From assembly GCA_963833095.1 (NCBI GenBank), contig CAWHWQ010000002.1, forward strand, positions 128,001 to 192,000: a DNA stretch of 64,000 nt. Reading direction: 5' to 3'. Position 1 is the stretch's first letter. Every line of letters begins with the position of its first letter. The DNA is from Vulcanimicrobiota bacterium (GTDB lineage: Bacteria > Vulcanimicrobiota > Vulcanimicrobiia > Vulcanimicrobiales > Vulcanimicrobiaceae). Below are positions 10,134 to 19,207 of the stretch, piece by piece. The notes beneath the pieces are model-generated. The model was not told the origin of the DNA. It saw only the letters and a list, made by a program, of their open reading frames with translations, and did not search any database. The translations under genes were made by a program, and so were the position numbers.

Positions 10134-11089
10134 CGTACGAGAAACCATCCGGCTGCGGAGAGCACGAGCGAAGCGGTCCAAAAACGTGCCGTGACCTTGG
10201 TCTCGGGCCAACCACCGAGTTCGAAGTGGTGATGCAGCGGGCTCATGCGAAAAATGCGCTTGCCGCCCGTTGCTTTGAAATAGCCGACTTGCATGATCAC
10301 TGAAAGAGCTTCGGCCACAAACACGCCGCCGATGAGGATCAAGAGCAGCATCTCGCCTTCCAGAATAGCGATGCCGGAAAGCAAGGCGCCCAACGCAAGC
10401 GAGCCGGTGTCACCCATGAAGATTTTTGCGGGATGCCGATTGTACACGAGAAAGCCGAAACACGCGCCGATACCGATGAGTGCAGCATAGGCCGGCACGA
10501 GCAGGTCCATCGAAAATCCGACCGCCGCGAAGACGACGAGCGGCGGAATCATCGTCCCGGTCGCGAGGCCGTCGAGCCCGTCGGTAAGATTGACGGCGTG
10601 GATCGTCCCCGTGACCGCCAGGATGCCGAGCACGAGCCACAGCCAGTGCGGCACAAGTAACGCATACGTACCGGCGTGGAAGATCACGTCGCGCGGATAG
10701 ATCGCGGTGGTCGCGTCGATCATGCGCAGGAAAATGATGGCGACCAGTGCCGTTGCAAGCAACTTTGTGCGCGCGCGCAAACCTTGGTTGCGCCCGCGCG
10801 TGATCCCGAGCATATCGTCGGCGAAGCCGATGGCGCCACAGGCGAGCACGAGAAAGACGATCGGCGCGGCAAACGGCGCCGAGGGATTCACGAGCAAGAA
10901 CAGCATGGGTACGAGGAAGGCGATGCCGCCCATCGTGGGCGTGCCCGTCTTGGTTTGGTGCGACGCCGGCGCATCTTCATAGGCGTGCTGAGCAAGCTGC
11001 ATACGCCGCAGCAGCGGTAGCAGCAGACCGGCAACCGCCAGGGAGAACACGAACCCGATGCCACAGAAGATCGCGATCGTCGCTAACAT
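10130..11089 (-). CDS. mraY: Phospho-N-acetylmuramoyl-pentapeptide transferase
   Basis: KTGTPTMGG, AVNLTDGLDGL, PAKIFMGDTGS, MSPLHHHFE. Confidence 0.96.
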   Translation of the reverse strand: MLATIAIFCGIGFVFSLAVAGLLLPLLRRMQLAQHAYEDAPASHQTKTGTPTMGGIAFLVPMLFLLVNPSAPFAAPIVFLVLACGAIGFADDMLGITRGRNQGLRARTKLLATALVAIIFLRMIDATTAIYPRDVIFHAGTYALLVPHWLWLVLGILAVTGTIHAVNLTDGLDGLATGTMIPPLVVFAAVGFSMDLLVPAYAALIGIGACFGFLVYNRHPAKIFMGDTGSLALGALLSGIAILEGEMLLLILIGGVFVAEALSVIMQVGYFKATGGKRIFRMSPLHHHFELGGWPETKVTARFWTASLVLSAAGWFLVR

Positions 11090-11757
11090 TGCAGCGGGTT
11101 CTCCCCGGCGGCGCGCCACTTGAGCACCACGATCGGCGTTTGTTCGTCGCCGTTGCCGTGGGGGTTGTCGAGCAGCGCCTGTTCGACCGCGGCGCGATCG
11201 ACGCCGCGCGAGGCTCCCAGCACTTTAGCTTTGTGCAGATCGTTGGCATCGACGATCGCGCAGGCTACGCCGGTCACGGCGGCGATCGTTTCGCAGACAT
11301 CGTCGGGATCGCGTGGTGACAACACGATTGCGCGCTCGTAGGGCGGCATCGTTCCGGTGTAGCCGTCGATCGCGGCGATCGCCTCGCCCATCAATTCGTA
11401 GAATACGCCGCGCTTGCCAAAAACGCGGCCGACCGCATGCAGCACTGAAGCGAAAAACACGCGCCATGCGCCGACCTGATCGATCACGAGTTGGACGGAT
11501 TCGGGCTGACTGACCGTCGCGAGCGCGCCGGCTCGGCGCGCAAGCACGTAGGCTAAACGCGACGGGCGAATGTGCTCCGCCGCGACGAACTCACCTTGCG
11601 CGATGGCTACGGCTGTTTCGGAGATCGCGATCACGTCGCCAGAACGCGCGATGCCATGCACTGCCGCCGCGACGAGCACGCTAAGGTCGTCGCCCTCGCG
11701 CACGATGCGCGTGCGGACGGGGATTGCAACCAAACCGGGAATGCGCGTGGCCGTCAA
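11083..11757 (-). CDS. Coenzyme F420-0:glutamate ligase (CofE)-like protein, inserted between murF and mraY
   Basis: IPVRTRIV..GDD, GDVIAISE.AVAIAQG, AIDG, LSPRDPD, AIVDAND, DNPHGNGDEQTPIV resemble the short F420_ligase-like family; TTG start overlaps murF stop. Confidence 0.75.
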   Translation of the reverse strand: MTATRIPGLVAIPVRTRIVREGDDLSVLVAAAVHGIARSGDVIAISETAVAIAQGEFVAAEHIRPSRLAYVLARRAGALATVSQPESVQLVIDQVGAWRVFFASVLHAVGRVFGKRGVFYELMGEAIAAIDGYTGTMPPYERAIVLSPRDPDDVCETIAAVTGVACAIVDANDLHKAKVLGASRGVDRAAVEQALLDNPHGNGDEQTPIVVLKWRAAGENPLQC

Positions 11758-13133
11758 CGCCGTAACTCCTCGACGATTTCCTCTAACTTATATTTGCGCG
11801 AACCCTTGAGCAACACCGCGTCGCCGGCTCGCGCGTGATCGCGCACCCACCGCGCTGCCTGTTCGTTCGTCATGAAGGGCACGATGCGCTCCGAGGGGAG
11901 CCCTGCGCTGCGCGCTCCTAGAGCAAGCTCGCCCGCGAATTCGCCGCCGACCAGCATCACGTCGACCTTGGTGGCCGCGGCATGTCCGCCGACACGGCGA
12001 TGTAAGTCGGCCGCTCCCTCGCCAAGCTCGGCCATGCTTGCAAGCAGGGCGATATGGCGCGGCGCAGATTCGGCCGCAAAGGCGTCGAGCGCCGCCATCA
12101 TCCCGGCGGCGTTGGCGTTGTAGGCATCGAAGATCAAAACCACGCCGCTCTGAAGCGCGATGCGCTCGTAACGCCCGCTGGGCAATTCGATTTGCGGAAT
12201 CGCCGCGACGATCTGACGCGGATCGATGCCGTGCTCACGCGCTGCGGCGATCGCGGCTGCGAGATTGGCGCGATTGTGCAAGCCGGGAACGCGCGCGTCG
12301 ATCGAGTAGTTGTCGTCGCGGTCGCCGTCGATTTCGAGCCACTGCTGGGCGCCCGAGATCGCGCTGACGCGCCCGTGCATCGGGATGTCGCCGCCGACTT
12401 CGCCCGCAAAAAACCAATGCGAGGGTTTGGCTAGCGACGGCGCGCGGCGAATCGACGTGACGTCGCGCGCATTGAGAATCGCGCGCGCGCCGGTCGAAAA
12501 GAGCGCCCACTTCGTTTCTTCGAGCCGCTCGCGCGTGCCCATGATTTCCAAATGCGCATCACCGACGTTGGTAAGAATGCCCAGATCCGGCCGCGCGGCG
12601 CGTACCAGCCGCTCGATGTCGCCGTAGTGCCGCGCGCCCAACTCGATGACGAGCAACTCGTGCTTGTCGTTGTCGGCGGCTAGCAGCAGTTTGCTCACGC
12701 CGACTTCGTTATTCTCATTGGCGGGCGAGGCCAAGATGCGATCGCCGTAGCGCACGGAAAGCAGTTGCGCGGCAAAGGCTTTGGTCGTGGTCTTCCCCGC
12801 GCTGCCGGTGATCGCGAGCACGCGTCCGCGAAAATGCGCGCGCGCCACGCCGGCCAGATCCAAGTAGGCCTGCAAGGTTTCCTCGACCACGAGCGTGGTC
12901 GTGCCCGCAACGGCGGCATCGGGATCCTCGACGATCAAGGCTTTCGCGCCGCGCTCGACGGCTTCGCGTGTGTAGGCATGGCCGTCGAAGTGCTCGCCGC
13001 GCAGCGCAAGAAATGTTTGCCCCGGCACAATGGTGCGGGTGTCGCTCACGACGTCGACGTGCGACGGCGCCGCGTCGATATCGAGCACCTGCGCCTGCGT
13101 CCCCTTGACCGCTTCGTCGAACGTCAGCTTCAT
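11754..13133 (-). CDS. murF: UDP-MurNAc-tripeptide--D-Ala-D-Ala ligase
   Basis: DTR, GEHFDGH, ITGSAGKTTTK, NENNEVG, DAYNAN, MAELG, LLKGSR. Confidence 0.96.
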   Translation of the reverse strand: MKLTFDEAVKGTQAQVLDIDAAPSHVDVVSDTRTIVPGQTFLALRGEHFDGHAYTREAVERGAKALIVEDPDAAVAGTTTLVVEETLQAYLDLAGVARAHFRGRVLAITGSAGKTTTKAFAAQLLSVRYGDRILASPANENNEVGVSKLLLAADNDKHELLVIELGARHYGDIERLVRAARPDLGILTNVGDAHLEIMGTRERLEETKWALFSTGARAILNARDVTSIRRAPSLAKPSHWFFAGEVGGDIPMHGRVSAISGAQQWLEIDGDRDDNYSIDARVPGLHNRANLAAAIAAAREHGIDPRQIVAAIPQIELPSGRYERIALQSGVVLIFDAYNANAAGMMAALDAFAAESAPRHIALLASMAELGEGAADLHRRVGGHAAATKVDVMLVGGEFAGELALGARSAGLPSERIVPFMTNEQAARWVRDHARAGDAVLLKGSRKYKLEEIVEELRR

Positions 13134-14581
13134 GTTCGCGCACCTCGCGCGGCGAGCGCCTCGCGCGCAACGGCGACGTCATCGAAGGGCAGCGTCTGCG
13201 TGCCGATGATTTGATACGTTTCGTGGCCTTTGCCTGCGATGAGCACCACGTCGCCCGGCGCGGCTTCTTCGATCGCGCGGCGAATGGCGATCCGGCGATC
13301 GATTTCGGCCACATGCGGATGCGCGCCGATTCCGGTTTCGATGTCGGCCACGATCGCTTGCGGCGATTCACTGCGCGGATTGTCGCTGGTGACGTAAACG
13401 CGATCTGCAAACGCTGCTGCAATGCGGCCCATCTCCGGGCGCTTGCCGCGATCGCGATCGCCGCCGCACCCGAACACGACGGCCAGCTTGTGCGGCGTCG
13501 TTTCGCGCAGTGCGATCAGCGCGTTCTCGAGCGAATCGGGGGTATGCGAGTAGTCGACCACGACGTCGATATCCCCACCGCTGACGTGCTCCATGCGTCC
13601 GGCCACGCGCACGAGCGTATCGAGTCCGCGCGCGCAGGTATCCAGATCGATGCCCAGCGTGATCGCGACAGCGATAGCGGCGAGCGCGTTTTGCACGTTG
13701 AAAAGGCCGGGAAGATGCACGCGCATCGCCGTGCCGTCGACGTCAAATGACGTTCCCGCGGCGTCGGGTTCGACGTTGCGCGCGACAACGTCGGCATCGC
13801 CGCGCAGCGAGTAGGTCAGCGTCGGTACCTTGCGGCGCACTTCGGGGAGCCAACGCGCGCCGTGCTCGTCGTCGATATTGAGCACCGCGGCCTGGGTCAT
13901 GTGAAAGAGGCGATGTTTTGCGGCGGCGTAGGCTTCGAGCGTCTGATGAAAGTCGAGATGATCGCGCGTGATATTAGTCAACGCCGCGACGCGAAAGTGC
14001 ACGTCCTCGACGCGATCGAGGGCCAGGGCATGCGAGCTGACTTCCATGGCAACGGCCCAAGCCCCGAGTTCGCGCATCTGCGCGAGCAGACCGTGCAACT
14101 CGGGCGGCTGCGGCGTGGTCTGATCGAGCGTCCACGAACGATCGCGAAAGTGCGCGCCGACCGTGCCGATCACCCCGCACGGACGACCCGAGGTTTCTAC
14201 AATTGCAGCGATCATGCGCGTGGTCGTGGTTTTTCCGTTGGTGCCGGTGACGCCAAGCACGTCAACCGCGCGTGACGGATCGCCGTAAAAGGCCGCCGCG
14301 ATCACCGAAAGCGCGCGGCGCGAATCCGGCACGGCAATCGCCGTGACGTGCTCGGGCACATCGAGCGCGCGCGCTTCTTCCAAGACGACCGCGGTCGCGC
14401 CATTGTGGGCTGCGGCTTGGATAAAGGCGTGTCCGTCGGTGTGCTCCCCGGCAAGCGCAACGAACATCGCGCCGGGCGTGACCCGGCGCGAATCGATCTC
14501 GATGCTTGCAATCTCGCGCGCCGAGTCGCCGATGACACGCGTACTTGCGGGCAAGCGTGCGACGAGCTGCGCGATCGTCAC
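13130..14581 (-). CDS. murE: UDP-MurNAc-dipeptide--meso-DAP ligase
   Basis: DSRRV, GTNGKTTT, MEVSSH, DHLDFH, DYSHTPD, GCGGDRD; the DNPR motif indicates mDAP; GKGHE. Confidence 0.96.
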   Translation of the reverse strand: MTIAQLVARLPASTRVIGDSAREIASIEIDSRRVTPGAMFVALAGEHTDGHAFIQAAAHNGATAVVLEEARALDVPEHVTAIAVPDSRRALSVIAAAFYGDPSRAVDVLGVTGTNGKTTTTRMIAAIVETSGRPCGVIGTVGAHFRDRSWTLDQTTPQPPELHGLLAQMRELGAWAVAMEVSSHALALDRVEDVHFRVAALTNITRDHLDFHQTLEAYAAAKHRLFHMTQAAVLNIDDEHGARWLPEVRRKVPTLTYSLRGDADVVARNVEPDAAGTSFDVDGTAMRVHLPGLFNVQNALAAIAVAITLGIDLDTCARGLDTLVRVAGRMEHVSGGDIDVVVDYSHTPDSLENALIALRETTPHKLAVVFGCGGDRDRGKRPEMGRIAAAFADRVYVTSDNPRSESPQAIVADIETGIGAHPHVAEIDRRIAIRRAIEEAAPGDVVLIAGKGHETYQIIGTQTLPFDDVAVAREALAARGART

Positions 14582-16303
14582 GGAAGAACTCCCGCATGCA
14601 GCATCGCTTCGCGCGCGATCTTCACGAAGACCGGGGCGGCCACGATGCCGCCGTAGTAGGCGCCCTGCGGATCTTCGATCTTGACATAGATGACGTAACG
14701 CGGATGCTCGGCTGGAATCATGCCGATGAACGACGCTGCGTATGCTCCGGTCGAGTATTGCCCGTTGACGACCATTTGCGCGGTGCCGGTTTTGCCGGCG
14801 GTGGTGTAGCCCGGAATTTGCGCGACGCCTTTGCCGGTGCCGCCGGTCACGACCGCGCGTAAGAACGAGCGCAACTCAGCCGCAATCTTTTGCGAGAAGA
14901 CGCGATGCTCGACTTCGGGCGGGTAATCGTAGACGACTTTGCCGTGCTGATCTTCGATCGCCTTGACAATGCGCGGGCGAAGCAGCGTACCGCCATTGGC
15001 GATCGCGCAGTAGTAGCGCGCCATCGCAATCGGCGTTACCGAGACGCCTTGACCAAACGCCATCGTGGGCAGCGACAGTTCGCTCCACTGCGCGGGCGCG
15101 GGCACGATTCCCGGACTCTCGCCGGGCAACTCGACGTCGCTGACTTCGCCGAATCCGGCGTTGCGTTCCATGTCGTAGAAATTCTGTTGGCCGGTCGCAA
15201 GCCCGACTTCTGCCGCGCCGACGTTGTGCGAATACTCGACGATCTCTTGCAGCGTCTCGGTGCTGCTGCGCACCGGCATGTCGTCGTCGGCGTTGTGAAT
15301 CGTGTGGCCGTCGAGCGTCAGCGTCTCGCGCGCGGGGAAGCGCGTCTGCAGATTCACGCGACCCGAGGCCAGCGCGGCGGCGGCGGTGACGAGTTTGAAG
15401 GTCGAGCCGGGCTCATAGGTATCCGCCACGGCACGGTCGTCGTAATCGCGCGCCGGATATTTCCAGAAGTGGTTCGGATCGAAGTGTGGGACGTTCGCCA
15501 TGGCCAAGATCTCGCCGGTCCACGGATCCATCACGATCGCGGTGCCGTCTTTCGCGTGATACTTCGCGACTTCTTGATCGAGGGCTTGCTTCGGTGACGA
15601 ACTGCAGGTATGAGTCGACGGTCAATTCGAGAGAATACCCGGGCTGCGCCGCGCTCACCACGTGCTCGTGGCCAAAGGGAATCGGCCGTCCGAAATCGTC
15701 GGTTTCGAGCGTCACCTGGCCCGACTGGCCGCGCAGCAGTTGATCGAACTGGTATTCCAGACCGTCGAGCCCATTTTCATCGGTACCGACGAAACCCAGA
15801 ATCGTCGAGGCCATGTTGCCGACCATGTCGATGCGTTTTCCGGTCGGCTCTTCTTTGAGCGCGATACCGCCCATGTCGGCTTTGCGCACGCGATCGGCGA
15901 TCTCGACGGGGACCTTGCGCGCGATCCAGACGAACCAGATCGACTTGTCGTGCAACTCGGTGACGATCGCCGGATCGAGTTTACCGAAGATCGCCTGGAG
16001 CTTTGCGACGGTGGCGTCGGGATCGGTGAGGTCGTGCGGCACGGCGTAGACGCTCTCGGAGGGGAGAGAACGCACCAGCACCGTGCCGTTACGGTCGGCA
16101 ATGAATCCGCGCCGCGCAAAAACCTCGACCGTGTCGGAACGCTGTGCGAGCGCTCGAGCGGCGAGGGTTGGGCCTTGCACGACTTGGACGAGATAGAGAC
16201 GCGCGCACAGATACGCGCCCATCAGCGCGACCAGATAGAAAAAGAGTTTCGCGCGCATCGGTGCGACGCGCGCGAAAGCTCGATGATGGAGCGTGCGCGC
16301 CAC
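14578..16303 (-). CDS. ftsI: Class B penicillin-binding protein FtsI; apparent single extra base near 15590 splits the ORF
   Basis: N part RGFIADRNG, GLEYQFD, LTVDSYLQ; C part EPGSTFK, SHN, KTGTAQ; removing one base joins ..FVTE-QALDQEVAKYHAKDGTAIVMDP. Confidence 0.92.
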
Positions 16304-16306
16304 CGG

Positions 16307-16732
16307 CTAGAACCAGGCGGCGATGGTATCGAAGAGCGGTATCCTCGACTTCGCAACCAGTGGTGGTGCGTCGAGATGCGCGACCGTAAAGGTCTGCGCA
16401 TCGTGCATGTTCAGCTTAGCAGCCAGCGCTGCAAGCCGTTCTTCGGAGCTGGCTTGCGCGATGCGATCGTCGAGCCGCGCGGTTTGTTCTTGCAAGGCGT
16501 CGCGTTGATGATGCGCCTTGTCGACCGCATAGGTGAGGCTGGTGGTGTTGGAGAGGAGCATGACGTAGGTCATGAGACCGATGAGCGCGACGCACAGTCC
16601 GGTGGTGACGCGGACGATCGCGGTGTAGCGCGCGCGCGTCGTTTTAACGATGCGCGTCTGGGTGGCGGTGCGAGCGCTGCGCGGATTTTTGATGCGCGGG
16701 CGGTGGTCGACCTTGGGTTGAGCCATTGCCAT
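16307..16732 (-). CDS. ftsL: FtsL-like cell division protein
   Basis: Position between rsmH and ftsI; basic N-terminus, one TM helix, coiled coil, SEERLAALAAKLNM. Confidence 0.75.
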   Translation of the reverse strand: MAMAQPKVDHRPRIKNPRSARTATQTRIVKTTRARYTAIVRVTTGLCVALIGLMTYVMLLSNTTSLTYAVDKAHHQRDALQEQTARLDDRIAQASSEERLAALAAKLNMHDAQTFTVAHLDAPPLVAKSRIPLFDTIAAWF

Positions 16733-16735
16733 GGG

Positions 16736-17608
16736 TTAACTTGCCTTCCGTTGCGCGGCACGCAGCTTGGCGCTGCGGGCCCGGGGATTCTCGGCCATCT
16801 CGCGCGCGTCGGGCACGAGCGGCTTTTTGGTGAGGATTTCTAAGCGCGCGTCGCCCCGGAACGTGTGCTTGACGATGCGATCTTCGAGCGAATGAAAGCT
16901 GATCGCGACGATGCGTCCGCCGGCGCGCAACGTGTCGACCGCTGCAGCGAGGCCTTCGCGCAGCACGTCGAGCTCGTCGTTGACGGCGATGCGCAGCGCT
17001 TGAAAGACGCGTGTAGCGGGATGGATGCGCTCGCGCTTGCCCGGCCGATGCACGACACCCGAAACGAACTGCGCAAATTCAAACGTCGTCTTGGGCAATT
17101 TGCCGGCCGTGCGCCGTTCGACGATCGCGTGCGCGATGCGCCGCGCCGCGCGCTCTTCGCCGTACATGAAGAAGATGTCAGCGAGTTCACGCTCGGTCGC
17201 AGTAGTGAGGATGTCGTAGGCGCTGCGCCCCCGGTACGGGTTCATGCGCATATCGAGCGGCGCGCTATCGCGAAACGAGAAGCCGCGCTCTGCATTATCC
17301 AATTGCATCGACGAAACTCCCAAATCGAAGAGCACTCCGTCGACCTGCTCCACCCCGCAGTCGTTCAGGACCCGACGCAGTTCCGAGAAATTCGCATGGA
17401 CGAAAGTAAACGATGGAAGCGTAATGGCTTGCGCGCGTGCAATCGCGTCCGGATCCGCGTCGAGCGCGATCAACCGGCCGGTTTGCAACTGCGAGAGAAT
17501 CGCTTTCGAGTGGCCACCCGCGCCGAAGGTCGCATCGACGTACGTCCCATCCGGCCGGATCGCCAAATAGTCGATCGCCGCATCGAGCAAGACCGAGACG
17601 TGCATCAT
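16736..17608 (-). CDS. rsmH: 16S rRNA m4C1402 methyltransferase
   Basis: HVSVLL, DATFGAGGHS, DLGVSSMQLD, HPATRVFQALRI, SFHSLEDR, NPRARSAKLR. Confidence 0.97.
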   Translation of the reverse strand: MMHVSVLLDAAIDYLAIRPDGTYVDATFGAGGHSKAILSQLQTGRLIALDADPDAIARAQAITLPSFTFVHANFSELRRVLNDCGVEQVDGVLFDLGVSSMQLDNAERGFSFRDSAPLDMRMNPYRGRSAYDILTTATERELADIFFMYGEERAARRIAHAIVERRTAGKLPKTTFEFAQFVSGVVHRPGKRERIHPATRVFQALRIAVNDELDVLREGLAAAVDTLRAGGRIVAISFHSLEDRIVKHTFRGDARLEILTKKPLVPDAREMAENPRARSAKLRAAQRKAS

Positions 17609-17620
17609 GGAGGCATCCCA

Positions 17621-18064
17621 TCAGAAGAGCCCGAGGTCGGCCATAAACTCAGCCACCTCGCCCTCCGGCGCAGCGTGCGCGGAATATTGTTCTTTGGCCC
17701 AGATCTCGACGCGGGTGAGCGCACCGATGGAGACGACGTCGCGGTCGATCGAAGCGTAGCCGCGCTGCGCGGCCGGGATCAGCAGCCGCCCTTGCGCATC
17801 GCACGCCACTTCCTCTGTATGTGCAAAGATGTTGCGCACAATGCGACGGAAACGCTCATCCTTGCGCGGAGCCTCCTCCAGGCGCGTGCAGAACTCGGCC
17901 CAGGTGACGCTGGGGTAGAGCGCAAGGCATGGCTCAGGCTGAGCAATCGTGATGACGAAGCCCGCCCCAAGCCGATCCCGAAAGCGCGCAGGGACGATGA
18001 GGCGCCCTTTCTCATCGAGGGCATGCTCCACCGAACCCGTAAAGCGCGGTAGCTCCGCGTGCAA
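17621..18064 (-). CDS. mraZ: Transcriptional regulator MraZ
   Basis: FTG..H.LDEKGRL.VP and DAQGRLLIP repeats, RVEIW; TTG start preceded by GGGGGAGGGA. Confidence 0.95.
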   Translation of the reverse strand: MHAELPRFTGSVEHALDEKGRLIVPARFRDRLGAGFVITIAQPEPCLALYPSVTWAEFCTRLEEAPRKDERFRRIVRNIFAHTEEVACDAQGRLLIPAAQRGYASIDRDVVSIGALTRVEIWAKEQYSAHAAPEGEVAEFMADLGLF

Positions 18065-18079
18065 GGTCCCTCCCCCAGA

Positions 18080-18132
18080 CACCACTCAGCACCACTTCAC
18101 ACCACTATACCCGCTGAGGGAGACAAGGGCAA
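18080..18132 (-). promoter_or_regulatory. dcw promoter with three MraZ-box-like direct repeats
   Basis: Minus-strand AGTGGTG x3 at 10-bp period (18080-86, 18090-96, 18100-06); TTGCCC(18132-27)-N17-TATAGT(18109-04) sigma70-like promoter overlaps the distal box. Confidence 0.78.
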
Positions 18133-18154
18133 AGGCGAACGGGTGTTCGACGCC

Positions 18155-18218
18155 TGTGAATTCCAGAAGTAGGCTGGACTCACAGAAGTGGGCTGGACTC
18201 ACAGAAGTGAACTGGACT
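18155..18218 (+). repeat. Three 19-bp-period tandem repeats after a TGT, resembling an IS21/Tn7-like transposon end
   Basis: TGTGAATTC then CAGAAGT(AGG/GGG/GAA)CTGGACT at 18164, 18183, 18202; the repeat is certain, the IS-end reading is inferred. Confidence 0.6.
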
Positions 18219-18321
18219 GTGAATCATCGGCGTTAGGAACCGAGCGCTCCAAGCGCTGGTGGCCAGGAAACGCACGCCGATGAACGCGAACGGCAAGCGC
18301 ATGACATCCGCCCGCTGGCTC

Positions 18322-18786
18322 ATGAACCGCATTGCCGCAGCCATCGCCGGAGCGATTCTCGTCGGGGTGGGTGCTGGTGCTATCCAGGCGGCCGTGAAAG
18401 CCCTCTCATGTGGGCCCACGTGCACCACCCTAAAGGGTAGCGGCGACGGGGTCATGCATTGCGTCGCATATGCTTCTACATGCGGTTACTTCGCTGGGGA
18501 CTTAATATTTGCAGCGATCTGGTCGACGGCTTTCGCGATCGTCCTCGGTACGTTGCCCGGCCTCGCAGCGCTAACACTGACACCGGCGAAACGTCACCCC
18601 TGGCGTTCGTTGCCGGCCCTAGTCCTGGGAACGTTGGCAGGCTTCGGCATTTGGTGTTGTCTCGCAACCCTGACTCCGACGATCGGCGAAGGCTGGGGCT
18701 GGCTCTTACTGCTCGCAATACCCTCAATCGCGGGTCTCTCGGTCGCATACCACATCGAGCGCCTACCTAAGCCGCTGCGCCCGTAA
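18322..18786 (+). CDS. Hypothetical membrane protein (about 4 TM, Cys-containing loop)
   Basis: Hydrophobic segments with CGPTC..HC..C loop; start uncertain (18301 or 18322). Confidence 0.55.
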   Translation: MNRIAAAIAGAILVGVGAGAIQAAVKALSCGPTCTTLKGSGDGVMHCVAYASTCGYFAGDLIFAAIWSTAFAIVLGTLPGLAALTLTPAKRHPWRSLPALVLGTLAGFGIWCCLATLTPTIGEGWGWLLLLAIPSIAGLSVAYHIERLPKPLRP

Positions 18787-18922
18787 TCGGCCCTCGAATC
18801 AGCGGATCCGCCGCGCAGGCTGTCTGAGCACTCTTAATCCGCTAAACCCGGAGCAACGCTGGTAGTGGTTTCGCCCCCGTAGCAAGGCCTCGTCTCGCTT
18901 TCCTTGGCGAAGTAAGGCTCTT

Positions 18923-19105
18923 TTACGCAGCTCGTCCTTGTGTCACCCCCGACGACACTCGTGAGGGAACAATTCCAGCGAGGCGGCCGTACAGAATAAT
19001 CGTCTCTCGGCGGTGTCCAGTGATGCGCTCGACTTCCCGTGCGCTGTGGCCCTCGCGTAAGAGTTCAACGATGCGCTGTTGCTGCTCGACGGTTAGCGTA
19101 TTCAT
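18923..19105 (-). pseudogene. 60-aa HTH resembling the N-terminus of an IS21-family transposase (truncated), or a small HTH protein
   Basis: MNTLTVEQQQRIVELLREGHSAREVERITGHRRETIILYGRLAGI; no DDE domain follows. Confidence 0.5.
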
Positions 19106-19207
19106 GGGTGTTACTCTGCCGGTCGGCGGTCGTAGCCCTGCCGGCGTTGTCCGCTTTTGAAGCGCTAAGTATTCCCCGCGCACATTGGCTTTGCTATAAC
19201 TCTGGCC

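Noticed and set aside
15662..18052. Long plus-strand ORFs (393 and 395 aa) and many similar antisense ORFs across the window
   Set aside because: They are shadows of minus-strand genes, expected in high-GC DNA, with no protein-family motifs
18164..18218. 19-bp repeats as a mini CRISPR array
   Set aside because: The units are directly tandem with no unique spacers, and there are no cas genes in the window
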